NCBI GenBank assembly: GCA_021785065.1
Contig: JAJYGQ010000001.1
Location: forward strand, 1 to 55,818
From: a bacterium
GTDB taxonomy: Bacteria; Patescibacteriota; Minisyncoccia; Phycocordibacterales; JAKAEA01
Direction of reading: 5' to 3'
DNA length: 55,818 nt
Shown here: positions 1-9,500 of the stretch, in pieces
Numbering within the stretch: the first letter of the stretch is position 1
Layout: the number at the start of each line of letters is the position of its first letter
The notes under the pieces: model-generated
What the model was told of the DNA's origin: nothing
Seen by the model: only the letters and a program-made list of their open reading frames with translations
The model's database searches: none
Program-made: the position numbers and the translations under genes

Positions 1-36
1 AAACCGTTGTCGCTATTGGCCGTCTTGCCCGTCAGC

Positions 37-65
37 AAAACGCCGCGTCCTGCGACGCGGCGTTT
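37..65 (-). terminator. Intrinsic terminator downstream of tRNA-Ser (possibly bidirectional)
   Basis: AAACGCCGCGTC-ctgc-GACGCGGCGTTT perfect 12-bp stem; on the minus strand it is followed by a short U-tract. Confidence 0.7.
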
Positions 66-98
66 CTGGCCGGTGAACTCGACCAAATCTCCTTAAAG

Positions 99-187
99 CG
101 GAGACGCAGGGATTCGAACCCTGGAGGCCGTTTAACGGGCCTACCTCGTTAGCAGTGAGGCGCTTTCGACCACTCAGCCACGTCTCC
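99..187 (-). tRNA. tRNA-Ser(GCT), CCA not encoded
   Basis: Reverse complement GGAGACG...CGTCTCC acceptor stem, anticodon loop CT-GCT-AA, long variable arm, GGTTCGAATCC T-arm, G73. Confidence 0.95.
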
Positions 188-228
188 AGTTGGGCCATTC
201 TAGCAGATTTTTAGGCAATATGCATTTT

Positions 229-885
229 TTAATGAGCAATGGCAATACAACAAATATCCGTAAGGCCAAGTTCAAGTAATGGTCGTAAAGCTTCAGCAAA
301 TGTCGCGCCAGTGGTGGCTACATCGTCAAGTAAAACAATAAGATTTTCAGTGCCAATTTTCTTTCGAGCATCAATATGTACTCGAAAACAATTAGTGAGG
401 TTTGTCAGTCGAGCTCTATTTTTAAGCGTTGCTTGCGCTGGTGTGTCTCGAATTTTTTTAAGCACATCTGTAAAAACACGTGCCTTGCTGTAGTAGTACG
501 GTATGTAGTGAGCAATGAGTTCAGTTTGATTCCAACCTCGTGTTTGCCGGCGACGCATTGAGTTGGGTAGAGGAAGTATGACTATATTTTTTGAGGTATA
601 GCGTTCAATTTTTACGAGTTCTTCGGCAACGAGCGAAGCAATAAGGCGAGCAACAACAAGATTCCCTCTGTATTTTAGTTCCCAAATAGCTTGACGAACA
701 AGGGGATGGCGATATGTCAGTATTACTAAGGTAATAATTGGTAGGGTGGCTAAGGCTTTTAATTGTGGTTGTGTGGGAGGCGGTATATGTTGACGAAGTT
801 GACGAGCTGTCATATGTTCTATGCTCTCCAAGGCAATGGGCGGGGGAAAAATCCAATCAAAAAATCGTAAAACATGACGCCACAT
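229..885 (-). CDS. comF: ComF/ComFC family competence protein (PRTase fold)
   Basis: LKY-x-G, RGWNQTELIA and LLDDVATTGAT motifs; divergent from the pilus operon. Confidence 0.9.
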   Translation of the reverse strand: MWRHVLRFFDWIFPPPIALESIEHMTARQLRQHIPPPTQPQLKALATLPIITLVILTYRHPLVRQAIWELKYRGNLVVARLIASLVAEELVKIERYTSKNIVILPLPNSMRRRQTRGWNQTELIAHYIPYYYSKARVFTDVLKKIRDTPAQATLKNRARLTNLTNCFRVHIDARKKIGTENLIVLLDDVATTGATFAEALRPLLELGLTDICCIAIAH

Positions 886-985
886 AGCACGACTCTAGCG
901 CACGGGTGTTAAAATTTCATATAATTCTTTTTTAAGAAAAAATAAATATCACTTGCTCAGTCTTTGTGCTATAATTACCAGTAAA

Positions 986-2104
986 ATGGCTTCATTCCTA
1001 GGAAATATTTTTGGGAGAAAAAGTATGAGCGTGATTGGTGTTGATATTGGCTCATCTGCTATTAAGGTGGTACAACTCGCTCGTCGTCGTGGCCGAGCCA
1101 TTCTTGAAACCTATGGCGAGCTTGCGCTCGGTCCGTATGCTGGTGGCGAAATTGGACAAGCCACGAATCTCTCTCCGGAAAAAATTAGTGAATGCTTAGC
1201 TGATCTTATTCGTGAAGCAAAAGTCACCACAAACTTGGCAGCCCTCTCTATTTCATATGCTTCAAGTCTCATCACTATGATTGAAATGCCGGCAGTGCCA
1301 GAACGAGAATTGGCTTCGATGATTCCCCTTGAAGCTCGAAAATATATTCCCGTTGCTCTTTCAGAGGTTGCTCTCGATTGGTCAATAATTCCTAAGGCAC
1401 CATCGGCTGGTACTGGCCGAAATTTTGGCGATCACGAGTCAGCGCCGTTGCCAAGCGAAAAATTAGATGTGCTTCTTGTTGCTATTCACCAAGATACTAT
1501 CGCTCGATATCAAACTATTGTTGAAAAGGCAAAATTAGCGGCCAGTTTTTTTGAAATCGAAATTTTTAGTGCGGTTCGTTCAGTGCTTGATCAAGATGCG
1601 GCGTGTCATATGGTAATTGACCTTGGTGCGGCATCGACTAAGGTGTATGTAGTAGAGCGGGGAGTGGTGCGAGCATCTCATGTCATTAATCGTGGTTCGC
1701 AAGATATTACCCTAGCGCTCTCAGCTGGCCTCAGTATATCTCTACGTGAGGCTGAGACTATGAAGCATGATCTCGGGTCTGTTTTTGCCATAAACAAAAT
1801 GAATGCCGAGGAAGTTATTACACTTGCTCTCGATTATATTTTCAGTGAAGCGAACCGTGTATTAATTGATTACCAAAAAAGAAAAAATACCAATATTTCA
1901 TTGGTGACCCTCGTAGGAGGTGGTGCCCGTTTGGAAGGTATTACAGAAATAGCCGCCAAACATCTTCAATCTGATGTGGTTATCGGCAATCCTTTCGGCA
2001 AAACGCAAGCGCCGGCATTTCTAGAAGATGTACTCAAAAAAACAGGCCCAGAATTTGCGGTAGCTATTGGTATTGCGCTTCGACGACTTCAGGAATTTGA
2101 TTAG
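986..2104 (+). CDS. pilM: Type IV pilus assembly protein PilM (actin-like)
   Basis: IGVDIGSSAIKVVQL, VIDLGAASTKV, LVGGGARLEG, AVAIGIALR; ATG 986 preferred over the track's TTG start. Confidence 0.93.
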   Translation: MASFLGNIFGRKSMSVIGVDIGSSAIKVVQLARRRGRAILETYGELALGPYAGGEIGQATNLSPEKISECLADLIREAKVTTNLAALSISYASSLITMIEMPAVPERELASMIPLEARKYIPVALSEVALDWSIIPKAPSAGTGRNFGDHESAPLPSEKLDVLLVAIHQDTIARYQTIVEKAKLAASFFEIEIFSAVRSVLDQDAACHMVIDLGAASTKVYVVERGVVRASHVINRGSQDITLALSAGLSISLREAETMKHDLGSVFAINKMNAEEVITLALDYIFSEANRVLIDYQKRKNTNISLVTLVGGGARLEGITEIAAKHLQSDVVIGNPFGKTQAPAFLEDVLKKTGPEFAVAIGIALRRLQEFD

Positions 2105-2170
2105 GTTGTCCACAGCTTCAGTATTCAATGTCCAAAAAAATAATATTGAAAATGGTAGAATAAGGTTCTC

Positions 2171-2785
2171 ATGGATGGCGTTCCTCAAACTACTTTTGTA
2201 CCGCGTAAGCCAATGTCTGACGCGGCGCAAATCAAACGGGGTGGCGGCGGTGGTATTTTTCTGACCATCGCGTTCCTTATTTTTGCTGTAGTGTTGTTGG
2301 TAGCGGCTGGTCTCTTTTTCTACGGAAACTTTTATCTTCCCAATCAAGTCGTCACCGAGCAAAGCACACTACATAGCGTTGTACAACAATTTAATTCCAG
2401 TCCACTTTCCGATATGACAACGCTCAGTAACCAGTTGACCGCCGCCCAGACGATTATTGGTCAGCATACCGCTCTCTCAAAATTTTTCGATTATTTATCG
2501 GCATCTACAGTCGCTGAAGTGGGTTTTACTGATTTTTCTTATACAACTGACAACAATACACTCTCAATAAATCTGAAGGGTGAGGCGGCAAGCTTCGCTG
2601 CGCTGCAGGCTGAAGAAGCTCAACTCTTAGCTCCAGGAAGTATTTTAGAAAATCCCACCGTGAGCGATATTGCAGTTACAAAAATAGGTACTATATCGTT
2701 CACTATTATTGGCACTATTGCTGCTGCGAATATTTCATATCAACAAACTACTGCTAATAATCTAACCGCTTCATCAACACCATAA
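2171..2785 (+). CDS. PilN-like pilus alignment protein
   Basis: Single N-terminal TM helix, then an extracellular domain with LKGEAASF; position after pilM. Confidence 0.65.
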   Translation: MDGVPQTTFVPRKPMSDAAQIKRGGGGGIFLTIAFLIFAVVLLVAAGLFFYGNFYLPNQVVTEQSTLHSVVQQFNSSPLSDMTTLSNQLTAAQTIIGQHTALSKFFDYLSASTVAEVGFTDFSYTTDNNTLSINLKGEAASFAALQAEEAQLLAPGSILENPTVSDIAVTKIGTISFTIIGTIAAANISYQQTTANNLTASSTP

Positions 2786-3300
2786 TGAAAGCTTTAATCG
2801 CCATAATTTCTATAGCAGTGAGTGTCGGTATCTTCTTTTGGTACATAGAACCAGCGTGGGCTAATATTAATCTTCTGCAATCACAAATCAGTCAGTATCA
2901 AAATGAGGTGACGCAGGCTCAACAAGCAAAAAATAAGCTCAATCAGCTGGAGAGTACTTACAATACCTTGACCACTAGTCAAACTCAGGAACTGGGTACC
3001 TTTTTACCCACAAACATAAATCCTATTACATTTGCTCTTTCCCTAAATACTATCGCTGCACAGTACGGTTCAGGGCTTTCAAGTATTAGTATTGGCAAGC
3101 CAGCCCAAGTTTCCGGTCAAATTTTCAGTACCTTGCCCGTAACATTCTCTGTATCGATGACATACACCAACTTTCTTCTTTTCTTAAAAGATTTAGAGCG
3201 AAGTTTGCCACCGACTGACGTAACCAGTTTGTCGTTTAAGGCACCTGTTAACAGTGCCACCTACACGTTCACGGTGAGCGTACAAACGTATTACCTATAA
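2785..3300 (+). CDS. PilO-like pilus alignment protein
   Basis: N-terminal TM, coiled coil, LPVTFSVSMTYTNFLLFLKDLERSLP typical of PilO. Confidence 0.75.
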   Translation: MKALIAIISIAVSVGIFFWYIEPAWANINLLQSQISQYQNEVTQAQQAKNKLNQLESTYNTLTTSQTQELGTFLPTNINPITFALSLNTIAAQYGSGLSSISIGKPAQVSGQIFSTLPVTFSVSMTYTNFLLFLKDLERSLPPTDVTSLSFKAPVNSATYTFTVSVQTYYL

Positions 3301-3305
3301 CACGT

Positions 3306-3716
3306 ATGATCTATAAAAGAAAAACCTCAATATCACCCACCGTTATCGCACTCGTCGCGGTTATCGCTAGTGCAGGTATTTTAACAACCGCGATTATGCA
3401 ACCGTCATCGTCGTCGACGACCGTTGCTGCTGTTGCGGCAACGGGAGATCCGAATTTGACAGCGACTGTCAATACAGGTGCTGCTACGACATCCGCCAAC
3501 ATTGGAGCTCTTAATGCGGACGAGGTTGCCTTGCAAAGTGATATTCAGCAAATTAACTCTATTAATCTCGATACTTCGGTGCTTCAAAATCCAACGTTTA
3601 TGAGTTTTGTTAACTTTGTACAGCCAGTTCAAGAGACGATTGGTCGACCTGATCCTTTTGCGCCTATTAATGGTCTCGTTACAACAAACCCAAGTCCGTC
3701 GCCAACTGGTCATTAA
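3306..3716 (+). CDS. PilP-like / pilus accessory membrane-anchored protein
   Basis: TM anchor and C-terminal GRPDPFAP motif reminiscent of PilP; operon position. Confidence 0.5.
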   Translation: MIYKRKTSISPTVIALVAVIASAGILTTAIMQPSSSSTTVAAVAATGDPNLTATVNTGAATTSANIGALNADEVALQSDIQQINSINLDTSVLQNPTFMSFVNFVQPVQETIGRPDPFAPINGLVTTNPSPSPTGH

Positions 3717-3743
3717 CACGTATCGTTCTGTTTTTATTTTGTC

Positions 3744-5510
3744 ATGACACTGCTTGAAGTTCTTGCAAAAAAGAATCTTATTCCTCAAAAAGATATAGTA
3801 GCTATTTATGACCAAGCTGAGGCTGCTGGTGTTTCCGTGGAAGAAGTTTTAAAACGTCGTGGTATTGCGGTTGATGCTATTTTACAGGCAAAGGGCGAGG
3901 CGGCTGAATTGCCAACGCGGATAGTGAATGCTGATGAGGTACCCTACAGTATCTTGCAGTATATTCCTGAGGAATCAGCTCGCTACTATCACTTTGTGCC
4001 GCTCGGTGTTAAAGACGGCGTCTTGGAAGTAGGAATTGTTGACCCCGATAACTTAGAAGCTCGCGATGCACTTAATTTCATCTCAGCAAAAATTAATTTA
4101 CCCTACAAAATTTATCTTATTTCTAGCGGTGATTTTGATAAGGTTGTTGGTATTTACAAGGGTTTGTCAGGTGAAGTAAATCAAGCGCTTTCTGATTTAG
4201 ATGTAGAATTTTCTAAAGGTAAAGAAAAAGAAGCCCCACAGTCGGCAGATGAAGACGCTGGTTCGGGCGAGGATCCGCTGAAAAGCAAAACAGCTGGCGG
4301 AAAAAATTCTGCTTTGGAAACGAAAATTGTTGAAGATGCACCGGTGACAAAAATTGTTGCCACGATCCTTCGGTATGCTGTAGAGGGTGGCGCGTCTGAT
4401 ATACACATAGAACATATGCGAGAAAATGTCCGAGTGCGTTTTCGTGTTGACGGTATACTAAACACCAGCTTGTTGTTGCCCGTATCTATCCATCCTGTGC
4501 TGATTGCCCGTATTAAAATTCTTTCTAGTATGCGTCTCGACGAGAAGCGGAAGCCGCAAGACGGTCGTTTTTCTGCAAAAATTGACGGCCGACGAATTGA
4601 TTTTCGTGTCTCAACATTTCCCACCTACTACGGAGAAAAAATCGTCACTCGTATTCTTGATCAAGAACGCGGGGTGCATCGGCTCGAAGATGTGGGCCTT
4701 ACAAAAACCAATATGGATATGATCCAGCGTGCCCTCAAGCGTCCTTACGGCATCATTCTTATTTCCGGTCCAACTGGTTCTGGTAAAACAACGACGCTGT
4801 ATTCAATGCTCAATCTGATTGATAAAGAAAAACAAAACGTGCTATCGCTTGAAGATCCGATTGAATACAACGTTGAGGGCGTAAATCAGTCACAAGTGCG
4901 ACCTGAAATCGGCTACACGTTTGCTAACGGGTTGCGTACTACTTTACGTCAAGATCCTAACGTCATTCTTGTTGGTGAGATTCGCGATAAAGAAACCGCG
5001 CAACTTGCTATCCAGGCAGCGCTTACGGGTCACCTTGTGCTCTCTACAATTCACACTAATAACGCCGTCGGTATTGTGCCGCGTCTCATTGATATGGGTG
5101 TTGATCCGTACCTGATTGCTCCGACCCTTGTTTTGGGGATTGCCCAGCGACTTGTTGGTTTACTCTGTGAAGGAAGTGGAAAAAATATTCCTGTTGAGGG
5201 TAGTATTAAGAAAATTATTGAGCGAGAATTTGAAGATTTGCCTGAAGAATTTCGTTCAAACGTGCGCATACCCGATACGGTTAAGGAAATTGAACCATCG
5301 CCAACGTGCCCCGTAGGTACGCGCGGCCGTGTCGCTGTCTTTGAAATGTTTGAAATGGATAAAGAATTGGAGCAAATCATTCTTAATAATGCGTCAGAGC
5401 TTTCTATTGGTAAACATCTTCGCTCTAAAGGTATGTTCTCGATGAAAGAAGATGCTTTATTAAAGGTATTTGCCGGTAAGGTGCCGTTTGAAGAGGTGAA
5501 TAAGTTATAA
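3744..5510 (+). CDS. pilB: Type IV pilus extension ATPase PilB (GspE/PulE family)
   Basis: ASDIHIE, RLDEKRKPQDGR, Walker A GPTGSGKTTT, LRQDPNVILVGEIRD, GHLVLSTIHTN. Confidence 0.95.
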   Translation: MTLLEVLAKKNLIPQKDIVAIYDQAEAAGVSVEEVLKRRGIAVDAILQAKGEAAELPTRIVNADEVPYSILQYIPEESARYYHFVPLGVKDGVLEVGIVDPDNLEARDALNFISAKINLPYKIYLISSGDFDKVVGIYKGLSGEVNQALSDLDVEFSKGKEKEAPQSADEDAGSGEDPLKSKTAGGKNSALETKIVEDAPVTKIVATILRYAVEGGASDIHIEHMRENVRVRFRVDGILNTSLLLPVSIHPVLIARIKILSSMRLDEKRKPQDGRFSAKIDGRRIDFRVSTFPTYYGEKIVTRILDQERGVHRLEDVGLTKTNMDMIQRALKRPYGIILISGPTGSGKTTTLYSMLNLIDKEKQNVLSLEDPIEYNVEGVNQSQVRPEIGYTFANGLRTTLRQDPNVILVGEIRDKETAQLAIQAALTGHLVLSTIHTNNAVGIVPRLIDMGVDPYLIAPTLVLGIAQRLVGLLCEGSGKNIPVEGSIKKIIEREFEDLPEEFRSNVRIPDTVKEIEPSPTCPVGTRGRVAVFEMFEMDKELEQIILNNASELSIGKHLRSKGMFSMKEDALLKVFAGKVPFEEVNKL

Positions 5511-5558
5511 AGTGATTACAGAGCGTGCTATACTAGTTAGTGAGCCCACCTATACATT

Positions 5559-5969
5559 ATGGAACAAAAAAATTCTTCGGACGGTAAGAAAATAATGATT
5601 GTTGATGATGACGCGTTTCTGCTCAATATCTACGGAACGCGCTTTGCTAAAAGTGGCTTTGTGGTCAACGAATTTGCTGATTCTACAGCAGCGCTCGAAA
5701 AAATTCGCAACGGTTTTACGCCTGATATCCTTCTTCTTGATGTACTTATGCCCGCAATGAATGGTCTTGATATGCTCGAAAAGTTACGTACGGAAAAACT
5801 TTTACCCGAGACAGTAACTGTGATTATTCTCACTAATCAGAGTGACTCAGCGGAAATAACTCGAGGAAAATCATTAGGTATTGACGGTTACATTATCAAG
5901 GCAACGAGTATTCCGTCGGAAGTCGTCGACACGGTTATTACTCTAAGTCAAAAACACACAAAAAAATAA
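5559..5969 (+). CDS. Single-domain response regulator (CheY-like receiver)
   Basis: IMIVDDD, LLLDVLMP phosphoacceptor Asp, LTN, YIIKA; no output domain. Confidence 0.9.
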   Translation: MEQKNSSDGKKIMIVDDDAFLLNIYGTRFAKSGFVVNEFADSTAALEKIRNGFTPDILLLDVLMPAMNGLDMLEKLRTEKLLPETVTVIILTNQSDSAEITRGKSLGIDGYIIKATSIPSEVVDTVITLSQKHTKK

Positions 5970-5972
5970 TTT

Positions 5973-7031
5973 ATGTCATCCGAACACCCCATCAAAGAAC
6001 TTCTGGCGGCAATAGAGAAAGAGAATGCCTCTGACTTGCACCTCGGTGAGGGGCGTATGCCTTTTGCGCGCATTTCCGGCCTCCTCATTCCCCTGGAAAA
6101 ATTCGGGACACTTTCACGAACCGCCATCATTTCTATTTTAGATGATTTGCTGCCGCAAAAGATCGGAGACGAATTCTTAAAAAATAAAGAAGTTGATTTT
6201 TCCTATACCGACCACGATGTGCGTTTTCGTGGCAATGCTTTTTATCAGCAGGGACTCATTACCATTGCCCTCCGTCTTATTCCCAAGCGCATCCGTTCCT
6301 TAGAAGAACTTCGTTTACCGCCCGTGTTAGAAACCTTTACCAAGCGCACCCAAGGCTTTTTCTTGGTGGTGGGGCCGGTAGGGCAGGGAAAATCAACTAC
6401 CCTTGCTGCTATGATTGAGCTCATCAACCAAGAGCGACCAGAGCACATTTTGACGATTGAAGATCCTATCGAGTATCAGTATGAGCCGAAAAAGTCCATT
6501 ATCAATCAGCGCGAAGTTGGCATTGATACGAATGATTTTCATACAGCGCTCGTATCTATGGTGCGTGAAGATATTAACGTGGTATTGCTTGGTGAAATGC
6601 GCGATCCAGAAACAGTATCGGCCGCGGTTACTGCTGCCGAAACTGGCCACCTAGTATTTTCTACCCTTCACACTAACGATGCGCCCCAGACCATCGACCG
6701 TATCATTGACTCATTTCCTGCCAATCAACAACCTCAAATTCGAACCCAGTTAGCGGGCTCGCTCACGGGTATTTTTTCACAACGTTTGATTCCGCGTATT
6801 GCCGGCGGTGTTATACCTGCTTACGAATTACTGATTTGTAATGTGGCGGTATCCAACCTGATTCGCGAGAGTCGCACTCACGAAATTCCGTCAGTTATTG
6901 AGACGAGCTCGCAGGCCGGTATGATAGATTTCAATCGTTCATTAGCGGAGCTGGTACGCCGAGGAGAAATTACCATTGAAAATGCTTACCACTATTCGCT
7001 TAACCCCAAGATTCTAGAAAAGTTACTTTAA
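5973..7031 (+). CDS. pilT: Type IV pilus retraction ATPase PilT
   Basis: ASDLHL, GPVGQGKSTTLA, ILTIEDPIEY, REDINVVLLGEMRD, GHLVFSTLHTN. Confidence 0.95.
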   Translation: MSSEHPIKELLAAIEKENASDLHLGEGRMPFARISGLLIPLEKFGTLSRTAIISILDDLLPQKIGDEFLKNKEVDFSYTDHDVRFRGNAFYQQGLITIALRLIPKRIRSLEELRLPPVLETFTKRTQGFFLVVGPVGQGKSTTLAAMIELINQERPEHILTIEDPIEYQYEPKKSIINQREVGIDTNDFHTALVSMVREDINVVLLGEMRDPETVSAAVTAAETGHLVFSTLHTNDAPQTIDRIIDSFPANQQPQIRTQLAGSLTGIFSQRLIPRIAGGVIPAYELLICNVAVSNLIRESRTHEIPSVIETSSQAGMIDFNRSLAELVRRGEITIENAYHYSLNPKILEKLL

Positions 7032-7037
7032 TTGTCT

Positions 7038-8249
7038 ATGCTTTTTTCCTACAAAGCTCTTGATACTACTGGTGCCAAACGTGAAGGCACCATTGAAGCT
7101 ATCAATCAAGATGTTGCCATTGCATCATTGCAGCGGCGCGGTCTAGTAATTGTCTCCATTAAATCTCCCGAAGAAGGATCGCTCTTGGCGCGTCTCAGTA
7201 AAATCACTATTTTTACCACGATTAAAACAAAAGACGTTGTCGTGCTTTCTCGGCAGATGGCGGTGTTATTTGATGCCCAAGTGCCAGCTCTCCGAGTTTT
7301 TGGTTTGCTCGCCGCTGAATCAGAAAATCCAGCCCTCCGAAAAATTTTAAGTCAAATTTTCGACGACATCCAAGGTGGCAGCTCAATATCGAAAGCTTTA
7401 GAGCGTCACCCTCGCGTCTTCTCTTCGTTCTACGTCAATATCGTTAAAGCGGGTGAGGAGTCGGGCAAGCTCCAAGATTCACTACTCTATCTGGCTGATT
7501 ACTTGGATCGCAACTACGCTATCACCACCAAAGCTCGCAACGCACTCATTTACCCGACCTTCGTCATTGTGACGTTTGTTGCTGTGATGATCCTTATTTT
7601 TATCTACGTTATTCCAGAAATTAGCAACATTATTAAATCTTCCGGCGCATCTATTCCTATTTATACTACCGTCGTCATCGACATCTCCGCATTTCTCGTA
7701 AGCTACGGTATTTATGTCGGCATTGCTGCGCTTATCGCTATCGGTGTTGCGATATGGTACGTGCGGACGCCCGATGGTAAGGTACAATTTGATGAATTAA
7801 AAGTAGCGACGCCGATAGTGAGCGCGCTCTATCGCAAGCTCTATCTTGCCCGTATCGCTGACAACCTCTACACGATGCTCGTTTCTGGTATTACCACGCT
7901 CAAAGCCCTAGAAATCACCGCTGCGGTAGTTGATAACGAAGTCTATAGACGTATTCTTCTCGAAAGCGTGGAGCAAGTGAAAGCCGGCAAGGCTCTTTCT
8001 GACGTACTCTCGAGCCACCGCGACATTCCCAGTATTATGGTGCAAATGGTTAAAGTTGGCGAAGAAACCGGCCAGCTTGGTCCTATTTTAAAAACACTTG
8101 CTCGCTACTACGACCGCGAAGTCGATCAAGCTGTCGATACACTCGTCGACATGATTGAGCCAATTATGATTGTGGTGCTCGGCGTTGGTGTCGGTATCCT
8201 TATGGCCTCGGTGCTCGTACCTATCTATAATCTCGCCGGGAGTTTGTAA
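7038..8249 (+). CDS. pilC: Type IV pilus platform protein PilC (GspF family)
   Basis: Two GspF domains (AGEESGKL, VGEETGQL), IYP and EPIMIV TM segments. Confidence 0.95.
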   Translation: MLFSYKALDTTGAKREGTIEAINQDVAIASLQRRGLVIVSIKSPEEGSLLARLSKITIFTTIKTKDVVVLSRQMAVLFDAQVPALRVFGLLAAESENPALRKILSQIFDDIQGGSSISKALERHPRVFSSFYVNIVKAGEESGKLQDSLLYLADYLDRNYAITTKARNALIYPTFVIVTFVAVMILIFIYVIPEISNIIKSSGASIPIYTTVVIDISAFLVSYGIYVGIAALIAIGVAIWYVRTPDGKVQFDELKVATPIVSALYRKLYLARIADNLYTMLVSGITTLKALEITAAVVDNEVYRRILLESVEQVKAGKALSDVLSSHRDIPSIMVQMVKVGEETGQLGPILKTLARYYDREVDQAVDTLVDMIEPIMIVVLGVGVGILMASVLVPIYNLAGSL

Positions 8250-8264
8250 AAAAGTATAATTTAC

Positions 8265-8310
8265 TTATCCACAACTATTTTACGCAATCCCTTCATTTAT
8301 TGCGTATAAT
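8265..8310 (+). promoter_or_regulatory. Major pilin promoter with perfect DnaA box
   Basis: TTATCCACA at 8265-8273; TATAAT at 8305-8310. Confidence 0.6.
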
Positions 8311-8390
8311 AGTATTTACATCAGGCAGGTCACTGCGCGCGTCGGCACCGTGACAGGCCAGGATTTAAAAGTCAGATTAATTATTATCAA

Positions 8391-8834
8391 ATGAAAAAAC
8401 TTCAATCGAAAGGTTTTACCCTTATCGAACTCTTGGTGGTCATCGCCATCATCGGCATCCTGGCCGCCATCGTTCTTGCTTCGTTGAGTACTGCTCGTTC
8501 TAAGGCAGAAGGAGCTAAAGTTGAAAGTCAGCTTAACGAAATGCGTAGTGCTGCGGAAATTTATGATACGACTAATGGTAACTATAGTGGTAGTGGAACT
8601 GCTACAACTACAAGTTGCACTAGTGGTATATTTGCGGACACATCTTCTAATATGGCTACTTTAGTAGCTAATACCACAGCAATATCTGGTGTTACACTTG
8701 CCTGTCAGGCATTTGGAACAGGATGGTCTGCTGTAGCAACTTACTCAGCTCTGCCCAATGGCACCTTCTGTGTTGACTCAACTGGTGCTGCCACTTCAAC
8801 AACAGTTAATAGCAGTACTGGTTTGTGTAAATAG
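8391..8834 (+). CDS. pilA: Type IV pilin, probable major pilin
   Basis: KG/FTLIELLVVIAIIGILAAIV class III signal with Glu5; C-terminal Cys pairs; own promoter and strong terminator. Confidence 0.88.
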   Translation: MKKLQSKGFTLIELLVVIAIIGILAAIVLASLSTARSKAEGAKVESQLNEMRSAAEIYDTTNGNYSGSGTATTTSCTSGIFADTSSNMATLVANTTAISGVTLACQAFGTGWSAVATYSALPNGTFCVDSTGAATSTTVNSSTGLCK

Positions 8835-8862
8835 ACTTAAGGCACTACTTAAGTTAGTTTCG

Positions 8863-8893
8863 AACAAAATCCCCACCACGGGGATTTTGTTTT
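8863..8893 (+). terminator. Intrinsic terminator after major pilin
   Basis: AACAAAATCCCC-accac-GGGGATTTTGTT 12-bp stem ending in a T-rich run. Confidence 0.8.
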
Positions 8894-8918
8894 GGCGCAG
8901 ATGGCGTACAATGAAGCA

Positions 8919-9467
8919 ATGAATCGTCGCGGTTTTACGCTCATTGAGTTAATTATTGTTATCGGCATCATCGCTATTTTGGCCGGATTTATTTTGGCGA
9001 GCTATGGGCCGGCGAAGCAGCAGGCCCAAGATTCGCGGCGCGTTTCTGACATAGCGCAGCTACAGACGGCGCTTGAAGCATATTTCGAAGATCCGATAAA
9101 CGGGAGTCAGTATCCGCCAACAGAAGTTCAGACAAATGCAAATGGTGTCTTGATTCAACCTTGTAAGCCTGCAAGTGGCGCTGGTAGCAATCCTAAAACA
9201 TCTGGACTTGCCTGTTTGCCATATGGTGGTTATATCTCATCATTGCCTACTGATCCGCAAACAAAAGCCGCCTACGATTATTATGCTAATCCTACCGCGA
9301 ATCCTGATACGGGTACGCCCTACCAATCCTATTGTCTTGGGGCGAATCTCGCTGATACTAATGCGGCGGGTAATGCTCTGCAGAGCGCAAAAACAAGTTG
9401 CAGCGGCGTTACGTGGTGTCCGTTTTTAAATAATTCTTCTGACAATTACGTCGTCTGTCGACAGTAG
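8919..9467 (+). CDS. Type IV pilin / GspG-like pseudopilin
   Basis: RG/FTLIELIIVIGII, AQDSRRVSDIAQLQTALEAY, LPTDPQT. Confidence 0.88.
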   Translation: MNRRGFTLIELIIVIGIIAILAGFILASYGPAKQQAQDSRRVSDIAQLQTALEAYFEDPINGSQYPPTEVQTNANGVLIQPCKPASGAGSNPKTSGLACLPYGGYISSLPTDPQTKAAYDYYANPTANPDTGTPYQSYCLGANLADTNAAGNALQSAKTSCSGVTWCPFLNNSSDNYVVCRQ

Positions 9468-9500
9468 GGAAGTAAAGTTTGCTATAATGCGAGTAACATT

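Noticed and set aside
15-30. AGACGGCCA on the minus strand downstream of tRNA-Ser resembling M-type array repeats
   Set aside because: Only 9 nt match, no T-loop core, and too close to the window edge to evaluate
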